A stretch of DNA of 54,480 bases, taken from a phage. The notes beneath the pieces are model-generated. The model ran no database searches and was not told the DNA's origin. It worked only from the letters and a program-made list of their open reading frames with translations. The stretch lies in assembly GCA_018865545.1 (NCBI GenBank), contig GCA_018865545.1_3633.2, one strand, 5' to 3'. Both the position numbers and the translations under genes were made by a program. Below, one piece after another: positions 1-9,695 of this stretch. The first letter of the stretch is position 1, and each line of letters begins with the position of its first letter.

Positions 1-116
1 TTTTGAATGTGTACCGGAGCATGGCGCACAGGACTGGTTCATCTGTCTGTCTCAACTGGGGCGCGGCGGGTGTCAAGGTTTAGTTTTACGTTTGTTTGGG
101 TGTGGAGGAGAGTTTT

Positions 117-434
117 ATGGCCTACGATGAAAATTCTATCCGTGTGCTGTCACCTGAGGATATCAAACAACGATTTGACTGGGTACGCATCGGGGATTTG
201 GTTCACGAATATAACTTACCTGTGGATTGGGTCAGACGTGGTTTTGAAGCGTGCTGGAGGTTAGACATCGATCCTGATTATTTTATCAACAAGTACATCC
301 TCAAGCAGGATGTTGATCCTGTACCTGATTTTGAGGCTGTTTTTAAGGAGATTGTTATGGAGTCTCGATTCAAGGATCAGGTATGCACTCGGCAGTCTCA
401 AAAACGCACCTACGAATCAGATTTGCAAATGTAG
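117..434 (+). CDS. hypothetical early protein
   Basis: ORF track 96..434; start moved to ATG117 preceded by GGAGGAG RBS; no recognisable motif. Confidence 0.5.
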   Translation: MAYDENSIRVLSPEDIKQRFDWVRIGDLVHEYNLPVDWVRRGFEACWRLDIDPDYFINKYILKQDVDPVPDFEAVFKEIVMESRFKDQVCTRQSQKRTYESDLQM

Positions 435-513
435 CCTACGGATAGGTAAAAACATCAACGAAAATCGATTCTCCGCTGGATCTACAGAGTAAATTTTCAA
501 TTTTCGGAGAAAA

Positions 514-888
514 ATGATGAAACGTACTATGCCAGACAAAGAGCGCGAAATTGCCCTCCAGTTAGCAAGAGAAAAAAGAGAGCAACAAAAGCGAGAATGG
601 ACTGCGCTGGCAGAAGCGGGAAAAATACGCCAACATTTCGCTGACGCTAATCACTGGACAAGGCTTCGTAGCAAGTATAGGATTTCGTCTCCGTACAAAT
701 TAGCTCCCGCAGAAAGTGAGCATGGAATGAAAATTCTTAGACGAACGATCAGACTGACCGGAGGATTCGAGTGGTTCAATGAGTCTTTCGGTATGGACAT
801 CAAGCAGTTTGTCAGAATGAACCGTACGTGGCCTGCATACGCCATTCAGGGGATCATCCTTGAAGAGTGGGATGATTATCAGAATTGA
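514..888 (+). CDS. hypothetical early protein (basic N-terminus)
   Basis: ORF track; GGAGA RBS before ATG; no motif recognised. Confidence 0.55.
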   Translation: MMKRTMPDKEREIALQLAREKREQQKREWTALAEAGKIRQHFADANHWTRLRSKYRISSPYKLAPAESEHGMKILRRTIRLTGGFEWFNESFGMDIKQFVRMNRTWPAYAIQGIILEEWDDYQN

Positions 889-981
889 TTTTTGTTGTAT
901 TTCTGGTAGCCAACTGGTATGTTTATTACAGGGAGTGATAAACACCCCTGTGTTACTTGTTTTATACAGGAGAGTTGATAT

Positions 982-1605
982 ATGTCTTGGCCTTTTTTGA
1001 TTTATCTTATTGATGTTCTTAGTACGGATGGGAAGTATGATGGCTGGGGATTCTTGTTGTTTCTGTGTGTTATTGTATACATGCTGATGCGTCTTCTTCC
1101 AAAGATCCTCGAAGAACCTAAGCTGGATATCTATCCAGGACAAAATCTTGTTTTAGCACAAGATTGGTCACGATTTAAAGCCGGAGATGTTCTTGTTGTG
1201 AAGGATACTGCGGGTGGTGATGTTCTTCTTCGCCACGGGGAGGAATCCCTTGGTTCTTGGGTGAGCAAGAGCATTTTACGAAAAGTGTGCAAACTTGATG
1301 AAAAACAAGAATATATCCCACAGCAAGATGCGATGGAAACACCGCGAAAGTTAACTGTTATTGCTATGGTTGTCTGTGTAATAGGTATTCTATATGCCAA
1401 CTTCATGCCGCAGAAAGAGACTTCTTACAAGATGCTTGCTGCGTATGTAGGTCAAAACATTGTAGAATCTCCAAGGACTCAACAACTTGCAGACAGCACA
1501 ATCAAGTATCTTGATGCCCAAATCAAGAAGTACACTCAAGAATTGGGTGACTCCTCAGAAGTGGCGAGTAAGGAGTCTAAGCCTGGTGAGAAGGTGAAAG
1601 AGTGA
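982..1605 (+). CDS. hypothetical membrane protein
   Basis: ORF track; AGGAGAG RBS; two hydrophobic segments (LIYLIDVL..FLLFLCVIVYML and VIAMVVCVIGILYANF). Confidence 0.55.
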   Translation: MSWPFLIYLIDVLSTDGKYDGWGFLLFLCVIVYMLMRLLPKILEEPKLDIYPGQNLVLAQDWSRFKAGDVLVVKDTAGGDVLLRHGEESLGSWVSKSILRKVCKLDEKQEYIPQQDAMETPRKLTVIAMVVCVIGILYANFMPQKETSYKMLAAYVGQNIVESPRTQQLADSTIKYLDAQIKKYTQELGDSSEVASKESKPGEKVKE

Positions 1606-1967
1606 TGGGAAAGCCATTTGAAACAAAACGCATAGCGTTGGACTTTGATGATACTTTCACGCTAGAGCCTGAGAGATGGTCACAATTTGTTGCTCTATTT
1701 GCAGCAAAGGATTCAGGTTGGTGTGTTAAATTTGTTACTTATCGCTTCGATTCAGATGATAACTCTGATATCCAGTTTTGGGCTGAAAAACTAGGTATCG
1801 AAATAATTTATTGCAATGGTATCCAGAAAGCACAAGTTTGTGCAGAACTTGGTTGGATCCCAGATGTGTGGATAGACGATTTTCCTGTTCTCATTCCTGT
1901 GAAACAACAACTACAGGGTATGCTTTTAGGAATAGAAAATAACGAAGAAAAACATAATGCTAAGTAG
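1605..1967 (+). CDS. small HAD-like phosphatase (putative)
   Basis: ATG overlaps upstream stop (TGATG); motif IALDFDDTFT matches HAD motif I DxDxT; WIDDF resembles motif IV. Confidence 0.45.
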   Translation: MGKPFETKRIALDFDDTFTLEPERWSQFVALFAAKDSGWCVKFVTYRFDSDDNSDIQFWAEKLGIEIIYCNGIQKAQVCAELGWIPDVWIDDFPVLIPVKQQLQGMLLGIENNEEKHNAK

Positions 1968-2204
1968 TTTAAGGGGGAGTGTTGAGAAGCATTGCGTATT
2001 ACAAATTCAAATGTTGGGAGAAACTCTATGATTTGAGCTACCTTATTTTTGGGAATCTCCCTGTCACTGAAGACATTAAACACAAAATGTATCTTGCATA
2101 CATGAAATACCGTCTCCACGAAAGAAAGAGTGGTTGATGAGAATGTTATGATGCCCTGTAGATACTCTCTACAGGGCTTGAATGCTTAATCACAGGACTT
2201 ACCA

Positions 2205-3029
2205 ATGACAAGTATTTTACACACGACAGGTATTTTACCACACTATCAGAAGGACTATTCTTTCCCTGATTTATCTGGGGATATGTTGCAAATATACGAC
2301 AAAGTGCAAGGCGAAGTGTCGGAGCTACAGTTTAGTTCAGACCCTGATGATGAGCAAGAGTTTGATAAACAGATTTGTCGTGTAGAAAACGAGCTTATAG
2401 AGCTACAATCATTAGCCAAATCAACAGATATCGAAGACTTAAGGCGATACGTAGAGAATCTTGAAAACTTAGTGTTCGGGCTTTCGCAAGCTATTATAAA
2501 CATTGGCGAAATTGCTAAAGTTGCGTCTGACAAGTTGCCAGACAACACAGAAGATATTGAAGAAGCGTTGCAGAATATCTGCTATGAAGGAAGCTCTGCT
2601 CTCGGTTGTGAATGTAGCTTAGGCACTGCCCTCGAAGAACGTGGGTGGAGCCTAGCCCAAAAAACTTTTGTTTATCTTGTTATTGGTGGTGAGTTCCCAC
2701 GACTCTTACAACTTAATGCCCTTTTTGGAAACAGTCAGAGCGATAATATTGCATTAGGTATTGATGGTTGGTTCTGCTTAAGAGGTAAAGAATTAACATT
2801 TTGTCGTGGCGATGATGTGTTAATTCTCAATGCTTCTAAACCTGGTGTTGGAATAACAGTAAGACTTAATGGTAAGTCCACTAATTTCCACACCACAGAA
2901 TTGACAGATATTTTTATGGACATATTCGATCCTACAGAAGACGAAATTCTTATGTATGAAATGACCAGTGGAAAAAGGTATGATATTTTGTTGTGGAGAA
3001 ATATTTTCGGTAAGAAGAAAAGTTTATAG
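2205..3029 (+). CDS. hypothetical protein
   Basis: 274-aa ORF, weak RBS; no motif recognised. Confidence 0.45.
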   Translation: MTSILHTTGILPHYQKDYSFPDLSGDMLQIYDKVQGEVSELQFSSDPDDEQEFDKQICRVENELIELQSLAKSTDIEDLRRYVENLENLVFGLSQAIINIGEIAKVASDKLPDNTEDIEEALQNICYEGSSALGCECSLGTALEERGWSLAQKTFVYLVIGGEFPRLLQLNALFGNSQSDNIALGIDGWFCLRGKELTFCRGDDVLILNASKPGVGITVRLNGKSTNFHTTELTDIFMDIFDPTEDEILMYEMTSGKRYDILLWRNIFGKKKSL

Positions 3030-3285
3030 TATGATATTTTATCGCTGATATTTGTTTTCCCTGTGATATTTTTGTCACAGGGAAAGTTTCAACAACAGAT
3101 ATTTTCTTGATACTTTAAAACTCTACCAGAATTTAAAATTCTGTAAATTTAGAAAACTATTACTTATAAGCGTTTCGACACAATTTTGTTATGAAAGCCT
3201 TGTTTTTATATAAAAACCTGTTTTAGCATGAGTGGTAGGATCACACTCCATACTACCTTTATTCCTACAGATGAGCACCTCCATG

Positions 3286-3500
3286 TCCGAAAACTCGGTT
3301 CTCGATCGAAAATTCATTTTCCAGATCGTATTTGCTCCTTACGGAGAAAATTTTTTAGGGCTACAAATTTCAGTTCTCGATCAGTTTTTCGATTTCAAAA
3401 TCGTATTTGTTTTTTCTTGCGAAAAATTTCGCACGCTCAGTTCTCGATCGAGTTTTCAAAATCGAAATCGTATTTGCTCTATAGCGCGAAAAAATTTTTA
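3286..3500. repeat. three tandem ~68-bp direct repeats (iteron-like), core GTTCTCGATCG...AAATCGTATTTG
   Basis: Direct inspection: units starting near 3286, 3361 and 3428 share GTTCTCGATC(G/A), TTTTC, AAATCGTATTTG and GCGAAAAAATTT blocks. Confidence 0.6.
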
Positions 3501-3881
3501 TGGGTATCATAATTCTATCACACACTTAAACGCAAAGCAACATAAAAATTTTTGTTGAATGATAATCATTCTCATTTGCAGAATGACAGGTAGGATCGGT
3601 GTCTTATCCTCCCCCGTTGACCATCGTCGCCGTAGTTTGAAGTTTATAGCCGTTCTCGGCTTATCTCTTTGTTAGATATAGATTAACATAATTGATAAAG
3701 AAAGCAAGCGTTAATTGTAATCTTTACGTTTCTTTACAAATTTATTTTTGACGAGTTACCGGCGATCGACCTTCCAACCAGCGCCCTGGTATGTTAGCCC
3801 CGCCTTTACGCCGTGGGGATGGCGTTTCCTCTTCTGTATGTGAAACATTATAAGCCCGACCCCCGGGCTTGTCAAACATTT

Positions 3882-4148
3882 TTATTGTTTATTTTCTTGC
3901 CAGGTTAGGACACCTAGCCAGAAATGGCAATCACCTTTCGCCCATTGTGGTATATTGCTTTCTTTCCCACCTTCCCGCGCCCAGGAATAACCGCCCGTGT
4001 AACTTTGCAATTGATAACTATCCTCGACCTTATAATCTGACAGGCTGAGAACTGTTTCTACCTTTAAGCCCGTTGCGCTCGCTACCTGGTGGATAGTTCC
4101 CCCTTGCCAGCCTAACGCGTGCATAAGGTGCAATGTGGTCGTGGTCAT
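3882..4148 (-). CDS. hypothetical protein (isolated minus-strand gene)
   Basis: 88-aa ORF; AGGA RBS 9 nt upstream; possible divergent promoter TTGCCT-16-TATAGA; hairpin GCCCGGGGGTCGGGC downstream. Confidence 0.4.
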   Translation of the reverse strand: MTTTTLHLMHALGWQGGTIHQVASATGLKVETVLSLSDYKVEDSYQLQSYTGGYSWAREGGKESNIPQWAKGDCHFWLGVLTWQENKQ

Positions 4149-4224
4149 TTTTTCTATTCCTCTGTTAGTTGGCTAGTTGTTAAAATTATATCTATAACCA
4201 GCCAGGTTAGCAAGGCAAATAAAA

Positions 4225-4280
4225 GAGAAAAATTTTTTAAAAATAGTATTGACAGCTAGGTAGTATAGATCTACTATGTA
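4225..4280 (+). promoter_or_regulatory. sigma70-like promoter TTGACA-17-TACTAT with AT-rich upstream element (repeat copy 1)
   Basis: TTGACA at 4249-4254, TACTAT at 4272-4277; identical copy at 9289-9317. Confidence 0.55.
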
Positions 4281-4332
4281 CACATCAAGGCGATACACCG
4301 CCACCAACCAACCTAAAAAGGGGTGAATTAAT

Positions 4333-4956
4333 ATGAAAACCATCGTTAACGCTGAGAATGTATCTTTCGATAAGTTGAGCGACGCACAAAAAGAAAAAGC
4401 CATTGATCTTATTCGTGAGCGTGAAAGAGAAAGTAATAATGATTTCTTTGCTGATAGTGTCATTGAAGACTATAAGAATGACATTTTGCCAGAGTACGGG
4501 ATCGATGACGCGGTTATCTATTGGTCAGGATTCTGGTCGCAAGGCGACGGCGCATCAATCAGCACTGACCGCGTGGATATTGAAAAATTTTTAAGAAAAG
4601 TTAAATCTTTAACAAAATTCAGAGGGATCCGCAAACTATTTGATCTCGGTGAATATAGTCCGTTATATGCAAGCATTGAGCGGGATAATTACAGCCGCTA
4701 CCACCATGAAAATACTGTTTCCGGTTACGTTGACACTATGTATTGCGGCGATTTAACGGCAAAGCAGGAAGATTTGACCAATCAGCTTGAAAACTTGTTA
4801 ACTGAAACGATCCGCGATCTGTCTTGTAAACTTTACAGAGATTTAGAATCAGCCTACGATGACCAGTTTACAGATGAAGCCATCACAGAATCAATCGAAG
4901 CCAATGATTATCGTTTTGATATTGATGAAGATGGAAAAGTTTACGCTATCGCTTAA
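4333..4956 (+). CDS. hypothetical acidic early protein
   Basis: ORF track; AAAGGGG RBS; shares its first 8 codons (MKTIVNAE) with the gene at 9373. Confidence 0.6.
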   Translation: MKTIVNAENVSFDKLSDAQKEKAIDLIRERERESNNDFFADSVIEDYKNDILPEYGIDDAVIYWSGFWSQGDGASISTDRVDIEKFLRKVKSLTKFRGIRKLFDLGEYSPLYASIERDNYSRYHHENTVSGYVDTMYCGDLTAKQEDLTNQLENLLTETIRDLSCKLYRDLESAYDDQFTDEAITESIEANDYRFDIDEDGKVYAIA

Positions 4957-5046
4957 AAGTACTTGCATTCAGTTTTAAAATAGTACTATACTACTACAAC
5001 AACAGGACGGGGAACCGCTCCCCGTCACATTCAGGAGATCATCAAA

Positions 5047-5265
5047 ATGGCTAATATCCGCACATTGTTAAAAAATGCAAAGCAAGTTTTATTTTCTGAC
5101 GACGAATATTTTAATTGCAATATCAAAGGCGTTCGGAACATCGAGGATGTAAAGGATTTATTTGGAATAAAAGGTAATGTATATCGTAAAGGGTTACACG
5201 GCAATCATCTTGAATATAAGTTAGCTGATAGTGATTATAATTTTACTTTGACAATTATTTCATAA
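5047..5265 (+). CDS. hypothetical protein
   Basis: ORF track; AGGAGA RBS; preceded by GC hairpin 5006-5028. Confidence 0.5.
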   Translation: MANIRTLLKNAKQVLFSDDEYFNCNIKGVRNIEDVKDLFGIKGNVYRKGLHGNHLEYKLADSDYNFTLTIIS

Positions 5266-5330
5266 AACCACTTGCAAAGTTATATAGTCCTGTTATACTA
5301 CCAACATTGACAAACGAGAGGTAAATAAAA

Positions 5331-5687
5331 ATGGCAATCCAGGCAATCATGTTAGAACTTACAGACTTCCGTAATACTGTAAAAAATTTAACCAAAAAAC
5401 AGGTTGATAATATTATCAACGGATACCGTAGCAAGATTAAAGATCTTCCGCTTAAACGCGATCAACATGCGGCTAATATGATGCTTGACGCTATGATCAA
5501 AAAGATGATTCAGTGCGATCTTACTCTGGCTTATGAATACGCTGGCGATCTCTTTGTAACGTATAATAAGCCAGTGCCAGGCATGTGCACCACGGAAGAA
5601 TTGCACGCCCTGAATCTAAAACAAGATGCATGGGATAATATGCGCCGCGTTATGGTGTGGGCAGAAAGCGGTAAAATTTATCAATAA
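5331..5687 (+). CDS. hypothetical protein
   Basis: ORF track; GAGAGG RBS; upstream TTGCAA-16-TATACT promoter-like sequence. Confidence 0.55.
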   Translation: MAIQAIMLELTDFRNTVKNLTKKQVDNIINGYRSKIKDLPLKRDQHAANMMLDAMIKKMIQCDLTLAYEYAGDLFVTYNKPVPGMCTTEELHALNLKQDAWDNMRRVMVWAESGKIYQ

Positions 5688-5689
5688 AG

Positions 5690-5735
5690 ATAGTTGTCTT
5701 TTAGTTATGCCGTGGTAGAATACACGGCATAGATA
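5690..5735 (+). promoter_or_regulatory. promoter TTGTCT-16-TAGAAT with palindrome ATGCCGTG/CACGGCAT flanking the -10
   Basis: Direct inspection; near-identical element at 10280-10325. Confidence 0.45.
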
Positions 5736-5763
5736 AGAGAAACTACTTATCAGAGTTTAAAAG

Positions 5764-5982
5764 ATGAAAAATATTACGGGTAAAACCGAGCTATTAAAGG
5801 CGCTTTCTGTCGGTGAGTCAGCTTTATGGGTATGCGAAAAAGATCGCCTACCGTCGCGTGAGATGGCCTTGTTTAAGGCTTTATCTTTGAAGCTGAAAAT
5901 TAAATTATCCCAAAAATTAGCGGTTGTTGCCGCACCTGGGGAAACTGCTTTCAGTGTCGTAATGGTTAAAAGGTTGGAGTAG
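5764..5982 (+). CDS. hypothetical protein
   Basis: 72-aa ORF downstream of the palindromic promoter; weak RBS. Confidence 0.4.
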   Translation: MKNITGKTELLKALSVGESALWVCEKDRLPSREMALFKALSLKLKIKLSQKLAVVAAPGETAFSVVMVKRLE

Positions 5983-6067
5983 AAAAAATTAAAAATTATA
6001 TTGACAAGCAAAACAGCAAAAATTAAACTTACACACAGTTAAACAAACAATATTAACGAGGTAAATC

Positions 6068-6439
6068 ATGAAACAGTTAACCGCTTCCCAAAAAGCAATG
6101 ATCCGTGAGTATGTTTTAAACTCTCTTTCTTTCGATATTGAATCGGGTAGCGAGCAAGATCAGATCAAAGAATTAAAAAACCGATTTGAATCTGAATACT
6201 GGTACGATAGCAACAAGAAACGCTATCAAAATGATAAAGTACAAGGCCTCAAAAATTGGTTGCAAGGTTTGCCGAGTGGTGTTAATATCGATTTCACTTA
6301 TTACGATATTGAGCAACGCCTTAAAGATTTTGGGGTCATCACCGAGACGACCAGAGAAAACACTATTGAAAAATATATCTCTGAGTGGTGGGATCTGGTA
6401 GCGCCGTTTTATGCTGGGCTAATCGTCAACTTAAAATAA
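6068..6439 (+). CDS. hypothetical protein
   Basis: ORF track; GAGG RBS; upstream TTGACA-17-TAAACT. Confidence 0.55.
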   Translation: MKQLTASQKAMIREYVLNSLSFDIESGSEQDQIKELKNRFESEYWYDSNKKRYQNDKVQGLKNWLQGLPSGVNIDFTYYDIEQRLKDFGVITETTRENTIEKYISEWWDLVAPFYAGLIVNLK

Positions 6440-6516
6440 TTATTGCAAACTATCTAAAACTGGTTTAAATTAAAGGGAGTGAGTTTATCACTCCCAACAT
6501 GAAAGAGGTTAATCAA

Positions 6517-6828
6517 ATGAATAGTTATTTTGCTACTCGTTCACTTGCACGCATTGCAGCGAAAGAAACAGGCGGCAAAGTTTTAGATAATGGTAAAGAT
6601 GCGCCTATCGGTAAACGTTGGCAGGTTATCCCTGGCTATGTTGTTGAAGCCGTCCAGGATACAGCAAAACAACGCGCCGAGATGGAGAATAAACCAGTAG
6701 TTACCTTGTCCATTGCTAAGCGTAGCAATGTAGCGAATCAAGCCCGTAAGGCGCTTTATTACGCCATCAATTACGCAAAAAATAATAAAATTGTTCCAGT
6801 TTATCATAAGCGTTCATTTAAGAAATAA
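6517..6828 (+). CDS. hypothetical protein
   Basis: ORF track 6499..6828; start moved to ATG6517 behind AAGAGG RBS; hairpin 6473-6493 upstream. Confidence 0.5.
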   Translation: MNSYFATRSLARIAAKETGGKVLDNGKDAPIGKRWQVIPGYVVEAVQDTAKQRAEMENKPVVTLSIAKRSNVANQARKALYYAINYAKNNKIVPVYHKRSFKK

Positions 6829-6897
6829 TTTTTAATTAGATAAAAAGCGCCCTAAGAAATGGGCGCTAAACAAAAACACTTAAAGAGGTAAATTATT

Positions 6898-7248
6898 ATG
6901 GCCAGCATTGTAGAAGTTTTCAAAAAAGCCGTAGAAAATAAAAACGCTGAATTGTCTTTAGTATCTCTGGATTTTACTGATGCTTACGGTAACACTTATT
7001 TTGTTTACGAGCTTGCTTTTACTTGTCCTGAATTGAAAACATGGGAAACATTGCATAAATCTCGCGATCTGCAATATGGATATGGCGATCACGTTTTAAC
7101 TGTTGCAATGAAAGACCTTGCAATCATTACCGGGATGGGATCGGACGCTGTATATATTACCCGTTGGGCACACGATAACGATTTAAAAATCAGTGTCAAC
7201 AAGCGCACCAATTGCCGCAAAAAAGATCTAAAACAGTTCATCGCTTAA
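6898..7248 (+). CDS. hypothetical protein
   Basis: ORF track; AAGAGGT RBS; hairpin AGCGCCC..GGGCGCT upstream. Confidence 0.55.
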   Translation: MASIVEVFKKAVENKNAELSLVSLDFTDAYGNTYFVYELAFTCPELKTWETLHKSRDLQYGYGDHVLTVAMKDLAIITGMGSDAVYITRWAHDNDLKISVNKRTNCRKKDLKQFIA

Positions 7249-7264
7249 TCATCCTGGTAGCTGT

Positions 7265-7615
7265 ATGATTCAGTTTTATATAATCATCGCGGCGCTTGCA
7301 ATTTATTTAGGATTGCATAAAAAAATATTTAGATTGATTCTCTGGTTTTACTACGAATACAGGATCAGAATGGTTTATCACTATATCGAATACTCTTTTC
7401 ACGGTGAGAGATACCACACCAGAAGATCCGGCCCATTAAATGATCTTGAGGGCAACGGTTTAATCTGTGAGGTTAAAAAGCGTGGCGGTAAAATTCTTTA
7501 CCACAAAGAGGGTACTTTTGATTATATTGATGACGTGATTAATTTTAGGCAGCAAGCCGTTGCAGATCACGCCAGCAAAATAATCAACGGCAGCTATAAA
7601 CGCAAAGCGGGGTAA
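7265..7615 (+). CDS. hypothetical protein with N-terminal transmembrane segment
   Basis: ORF track; hydrophobic N-terminus IIIAALAIYLGL; weak RBS. Confidence 0.4.
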   Translation: MIQFYIIIAALAIYLGLHKKIFRLILWFYYEYRIRMVYHYIEYSFHGERYHTRRSGPLNDLEGNGLICEVKKRGGKILYHKEGTFDYIDDVINFRQQAVADHASKIINGSYKRKAG

Positions 7616-7616
7616 T

Positions 7617-7799
7617 ATGCGGAATTTTGAAAAAATTGTTAAGGCTAATCGTCTGGAATATGGGGAAACAGACGAAAAACGGGAACGGGTAGGCAAACGT
7701 CACAAACCTAAAAAGGTTCCGAAATTGTGGTGTCCTGATAAATACGATCACAAATTAAAACAGCGTATCGCTGAAAAACAGCGACTTAACGCAAGATAG
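7617..7799 (+). CDS. small basic protein
   Basis: ORF track; Lys/Arg-rich; followed by intrinsic terminator. Confidence 0.4.
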   Translation: MRNFEKIVKANRLEYGETDEKRERVGKRHKPKKVPKLWCPDKYDHKLKQRIAEKQRLNAR

Positions 7800-7804
7800 C
7801 AGAC

Positions 7805-7830
7805 AAGGCCGGATAGTTCCGGCCTTTTTA
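7805..7830 (+). terminator. rho-independent terminator
   Basis: Hairpin AAGGCCGGA-TAGT-TCCGGCCTT followed by TTTTT. Confidence 0.6.
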
Positions 7831-8016
7831 GTGCCTGGCAGCGCCTGTAACGATTAAAAAGGCCAACGGTGGCGTGATGCACCACAAAATAAAATAGCTC
7901 GCCAGAGAGCTTTTTAGAGGCCTTAAAATCGATCCGAAAAATATTGATAAAAAATGCTTGCAATGCTTTCCAGATACTGATAGTGTTACTTCAACAAACA
8001 AAACGAGGTAACGGCA

Positions 8017-8154
8017 ATGATCGAAGTTCTTAAAAATCCTATTTTGTGTGGTATGGTTGTTTCTGTACTACTCCCGATCTCGCTGTTAGTCGTTAGCGAA
8101 ATAGATGATTTTCTTTTCAATAAAAGACTTGCCAACAAGTCAAAAACAAATTAA
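8017..8154 (+). CDS. small hydrophobic peptide (45 aa)
   Basis: Not in ORF track (under 60 aa); ACGAGGT RBS 7 nt before ATG8017; hydrophobic core ILCGMVVSVLLPISLLVV. Confidence 0.3.
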   Translation: MIEVLKNPILCGMVVSVLLPISLLVVSEIDDFLFNKRLANKSKTN

Positions 8155-8191
8155 TATAGTATCAGCATACTAACTAGCGAGGTGATTTAAT

Positions 8192-8410
8192 ATGTTTGGT
8201 TTTATTGTTCTATCTTGTTCTCTTTCTGTCACTGCTGCAAAGGTAGAATGTAACTACACTGTAAAAGAGACTTTTAATGATGAAAAGTCTTGCAATGCAT
8301 ACGAAAATAATTATAAACTAGGAGACGGGGAGCAGTTCGGGATCTGTGATGAATTAAAAGACGGGATCAAGAAAGGTGATAAGCGCCCGATCCTAGTCCT
8401 GAAAAAATAA
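8192..8410 (+). CDS. small secreted protein (putative signal peptide)
   Basis: ORF track; GCGAGGTG RBS; N-terminus MFGFIVLSCSLSVTAA resembles a signal peptide. Confidence 0.5.
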   Translation: MFGFIVLSCSLSVTAAKVECNYTVKETFNDEKSCNAYENNYKLGDGEQFGICDELKDGIKKGDKRPILVLKK

Positions 8411-8450
8411 TTTTCTAATCATGTTGATCAATTTTTAAGAGGTGAATAAA

Positions 8451-8738
8451 ATGTTTGAAGTTTTCGCGGGTATGTGTTTTTATACAGCTTTGGCAGTTCG
8501 CCAGTGTGATGATTATATCGTTGAATCATACGACGATCAGTTAACTTGCGAAATAGTCGCTAATGACTACGGCAAAAAAGATCGCTGGGTTAATCCGGCT
8601 TGTATACCATCCCCAGAGGTAGAAGCCATGCCAGAAGGGGAAGAGGTGACGGATCCAGTTGTAGCGGTATCCTCCTTTTTCGTTGACAACCTGGACGCCC
8701 AAGAATTGATCAACATGTATGTAAAAAATCAAAAATAA
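8451..8738 (+). CDS. hypothetical protein
   Basis: ORF track 8442..8738; start moved to ATG8451 behind AAGAGGTG RBS. Confidence 0.5.
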   Translation: MFEVFAGMCFYTALAVRQCDDYIVESYDDQLTCEIVANDYGKKDRWVNPACIPSPEVEAMPEGEEVTDPVVAVSSFFVDNLDAQELINMYVKNQK

Positions 8739-8780
8739 CGCTTGACGTTGATTTGTGCCACCTTATAATAGGTGGCATAG
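8738..8780 (+). promoter_or_regulatory. promoter TTGACG-16-TATAAT with palindrome TGCCACC/GGTGGCA flanking the -10
   Basis: Direct inspection of 8742-8777. Confidence 0.45.
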
Positions 8781-8828
8781 GTAAGCGAAAGCGGATCTAA
8801 ATCTTAAACAAGTTAAGAGAGGTAAATC

Positions 8829-9149
8829 ATGGAACAAGCTAATAAATTTTTCTTCCTGGCTGGGATCGTGGATAATGTGAAATGTGATTTCAAGCGTGAA
8901 AATGATAAGACGTTACTCACTTTCTGCGATATGCTTGATCATGAGAATGCCGACACGTTACGAATTGAGATCCGCACGATAACCAATATCGACAACGCAA
9001 GCCGTTTAATTTATAAAACTCATTCTATAGCCTACAGCCTAGAAACATCGACAAGCTGCCTGCAACAAGGTGAGAGCTTGCCTATTCTAAATAGTGCCGA
9101 TGTATTTGGCGCGGTTGTTGCCATTGTGAACGATGTTTTTTCCCGCTGA
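8829..9149 (+). CDS. hypothetical protein
   Basis: ORF track; AGAGAGGT RBS. Confidence 0.5.
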   Translation: MEQANKFFFLAGIVDNVKCDFKRENDKTLLTFCDMLDHENADTLRIEIRTITNIDNASRLIYKTHSIAYSLETSTSCLQQGESLPILNSADVFGAVVAIVNDVFSR

Positions 9150-9264
9150 TTGGTGTTAATCTTATGTTAGAAAATATCGTTTTTTGGTGTGGTGTCGTTC
9201 TTGCTGTTATGGTTGGCCTTCTGGCGACGATGGAGAATATTGTGATCTCAAATAACCTGGCACG

Positions 9265-9320
9265 GTAAAAAATTTTTTAAAAATAGTATTGACAGCTAGG
9301 TAGTATAGATCTACTATGTA
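9265..9320 (+). promoter_or_regulatory. sigma70-like promoter TTGACA-17-TACTAT (repeat copy 2)
   Basis: Part of the 130-bp perfect direct repeat 9268-9397 = 4228-4357. Confidence 0.55.
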
Positions 9321-9372
9321 CACATCAAGGCGATACACCGCCACCAACCAACCTAAAAAGGGGTGAATTAAT

Positions 9373-9660
9373 ATGAAAACCATCGTTAACGCTGAGATAA
9401 AAGAGGGTAACAAAATAAATATTCTAACAGTTTATGGCGAGACTGTGGAGTCAGTATCGGAGGCTATTAATAAGATTACACAAAAAATTGCAATTGAAAT
9501 ATTAGCCAGTGATCCGGCTCGTTTGTTTAATGATGTGTACCATGATGACGTATCTTTGCCGTGCTTCACTTTCAAAACAGAAAGCACGTTTGACAAAGTA
9601 AAAAAGTGTATACCTGTTCACGTCTATCTGTGCCAGGAAGATCCAGAAGATTGGATCTAA
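9373..9660 (+). CDS. hypothetical protein
   Basis: ORF track; same RBS and first 8 codons as the gene at 4333, then diverges. Confidence 0.55.
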   Translation: MKTIVNAEIKEGNKINILTVYGETVESVSEAINKITQKIAIEILASDPARLFNDVYHDDVSLPCFTFKTESTFDKVKKCIPVHVYLCQEDPEDWI

Positions 9661-9695
9661 CGGTTGACAATACGCAATGATTGCTTATAATAACC
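9660..9695 (+). promoter_or_regulatory. promoter TTGACA-16-TATAAT
   Basis: Consensus hexamers at 9664-9669 and 9686-9691. Confidence 0.5.

Noticed and set aside
7-264. 85-aa ORF at the window start
   Set aside because: Overlaps the better-supported 117..434 gene in another frame and has no RBS.
3286-3500. Possible CRISPR array
   Set aside because: The repeats are about 68 bp, contiguous and imperfect, with no unique spacers; not CRISPR-like.
3228-3558. Plus-strand ORFs of 94 and 108 aa
   Set aside because: They lie entirely within the tandem repeat array in two overlapping frames with repetitive translations; more likely repeat artefacts.
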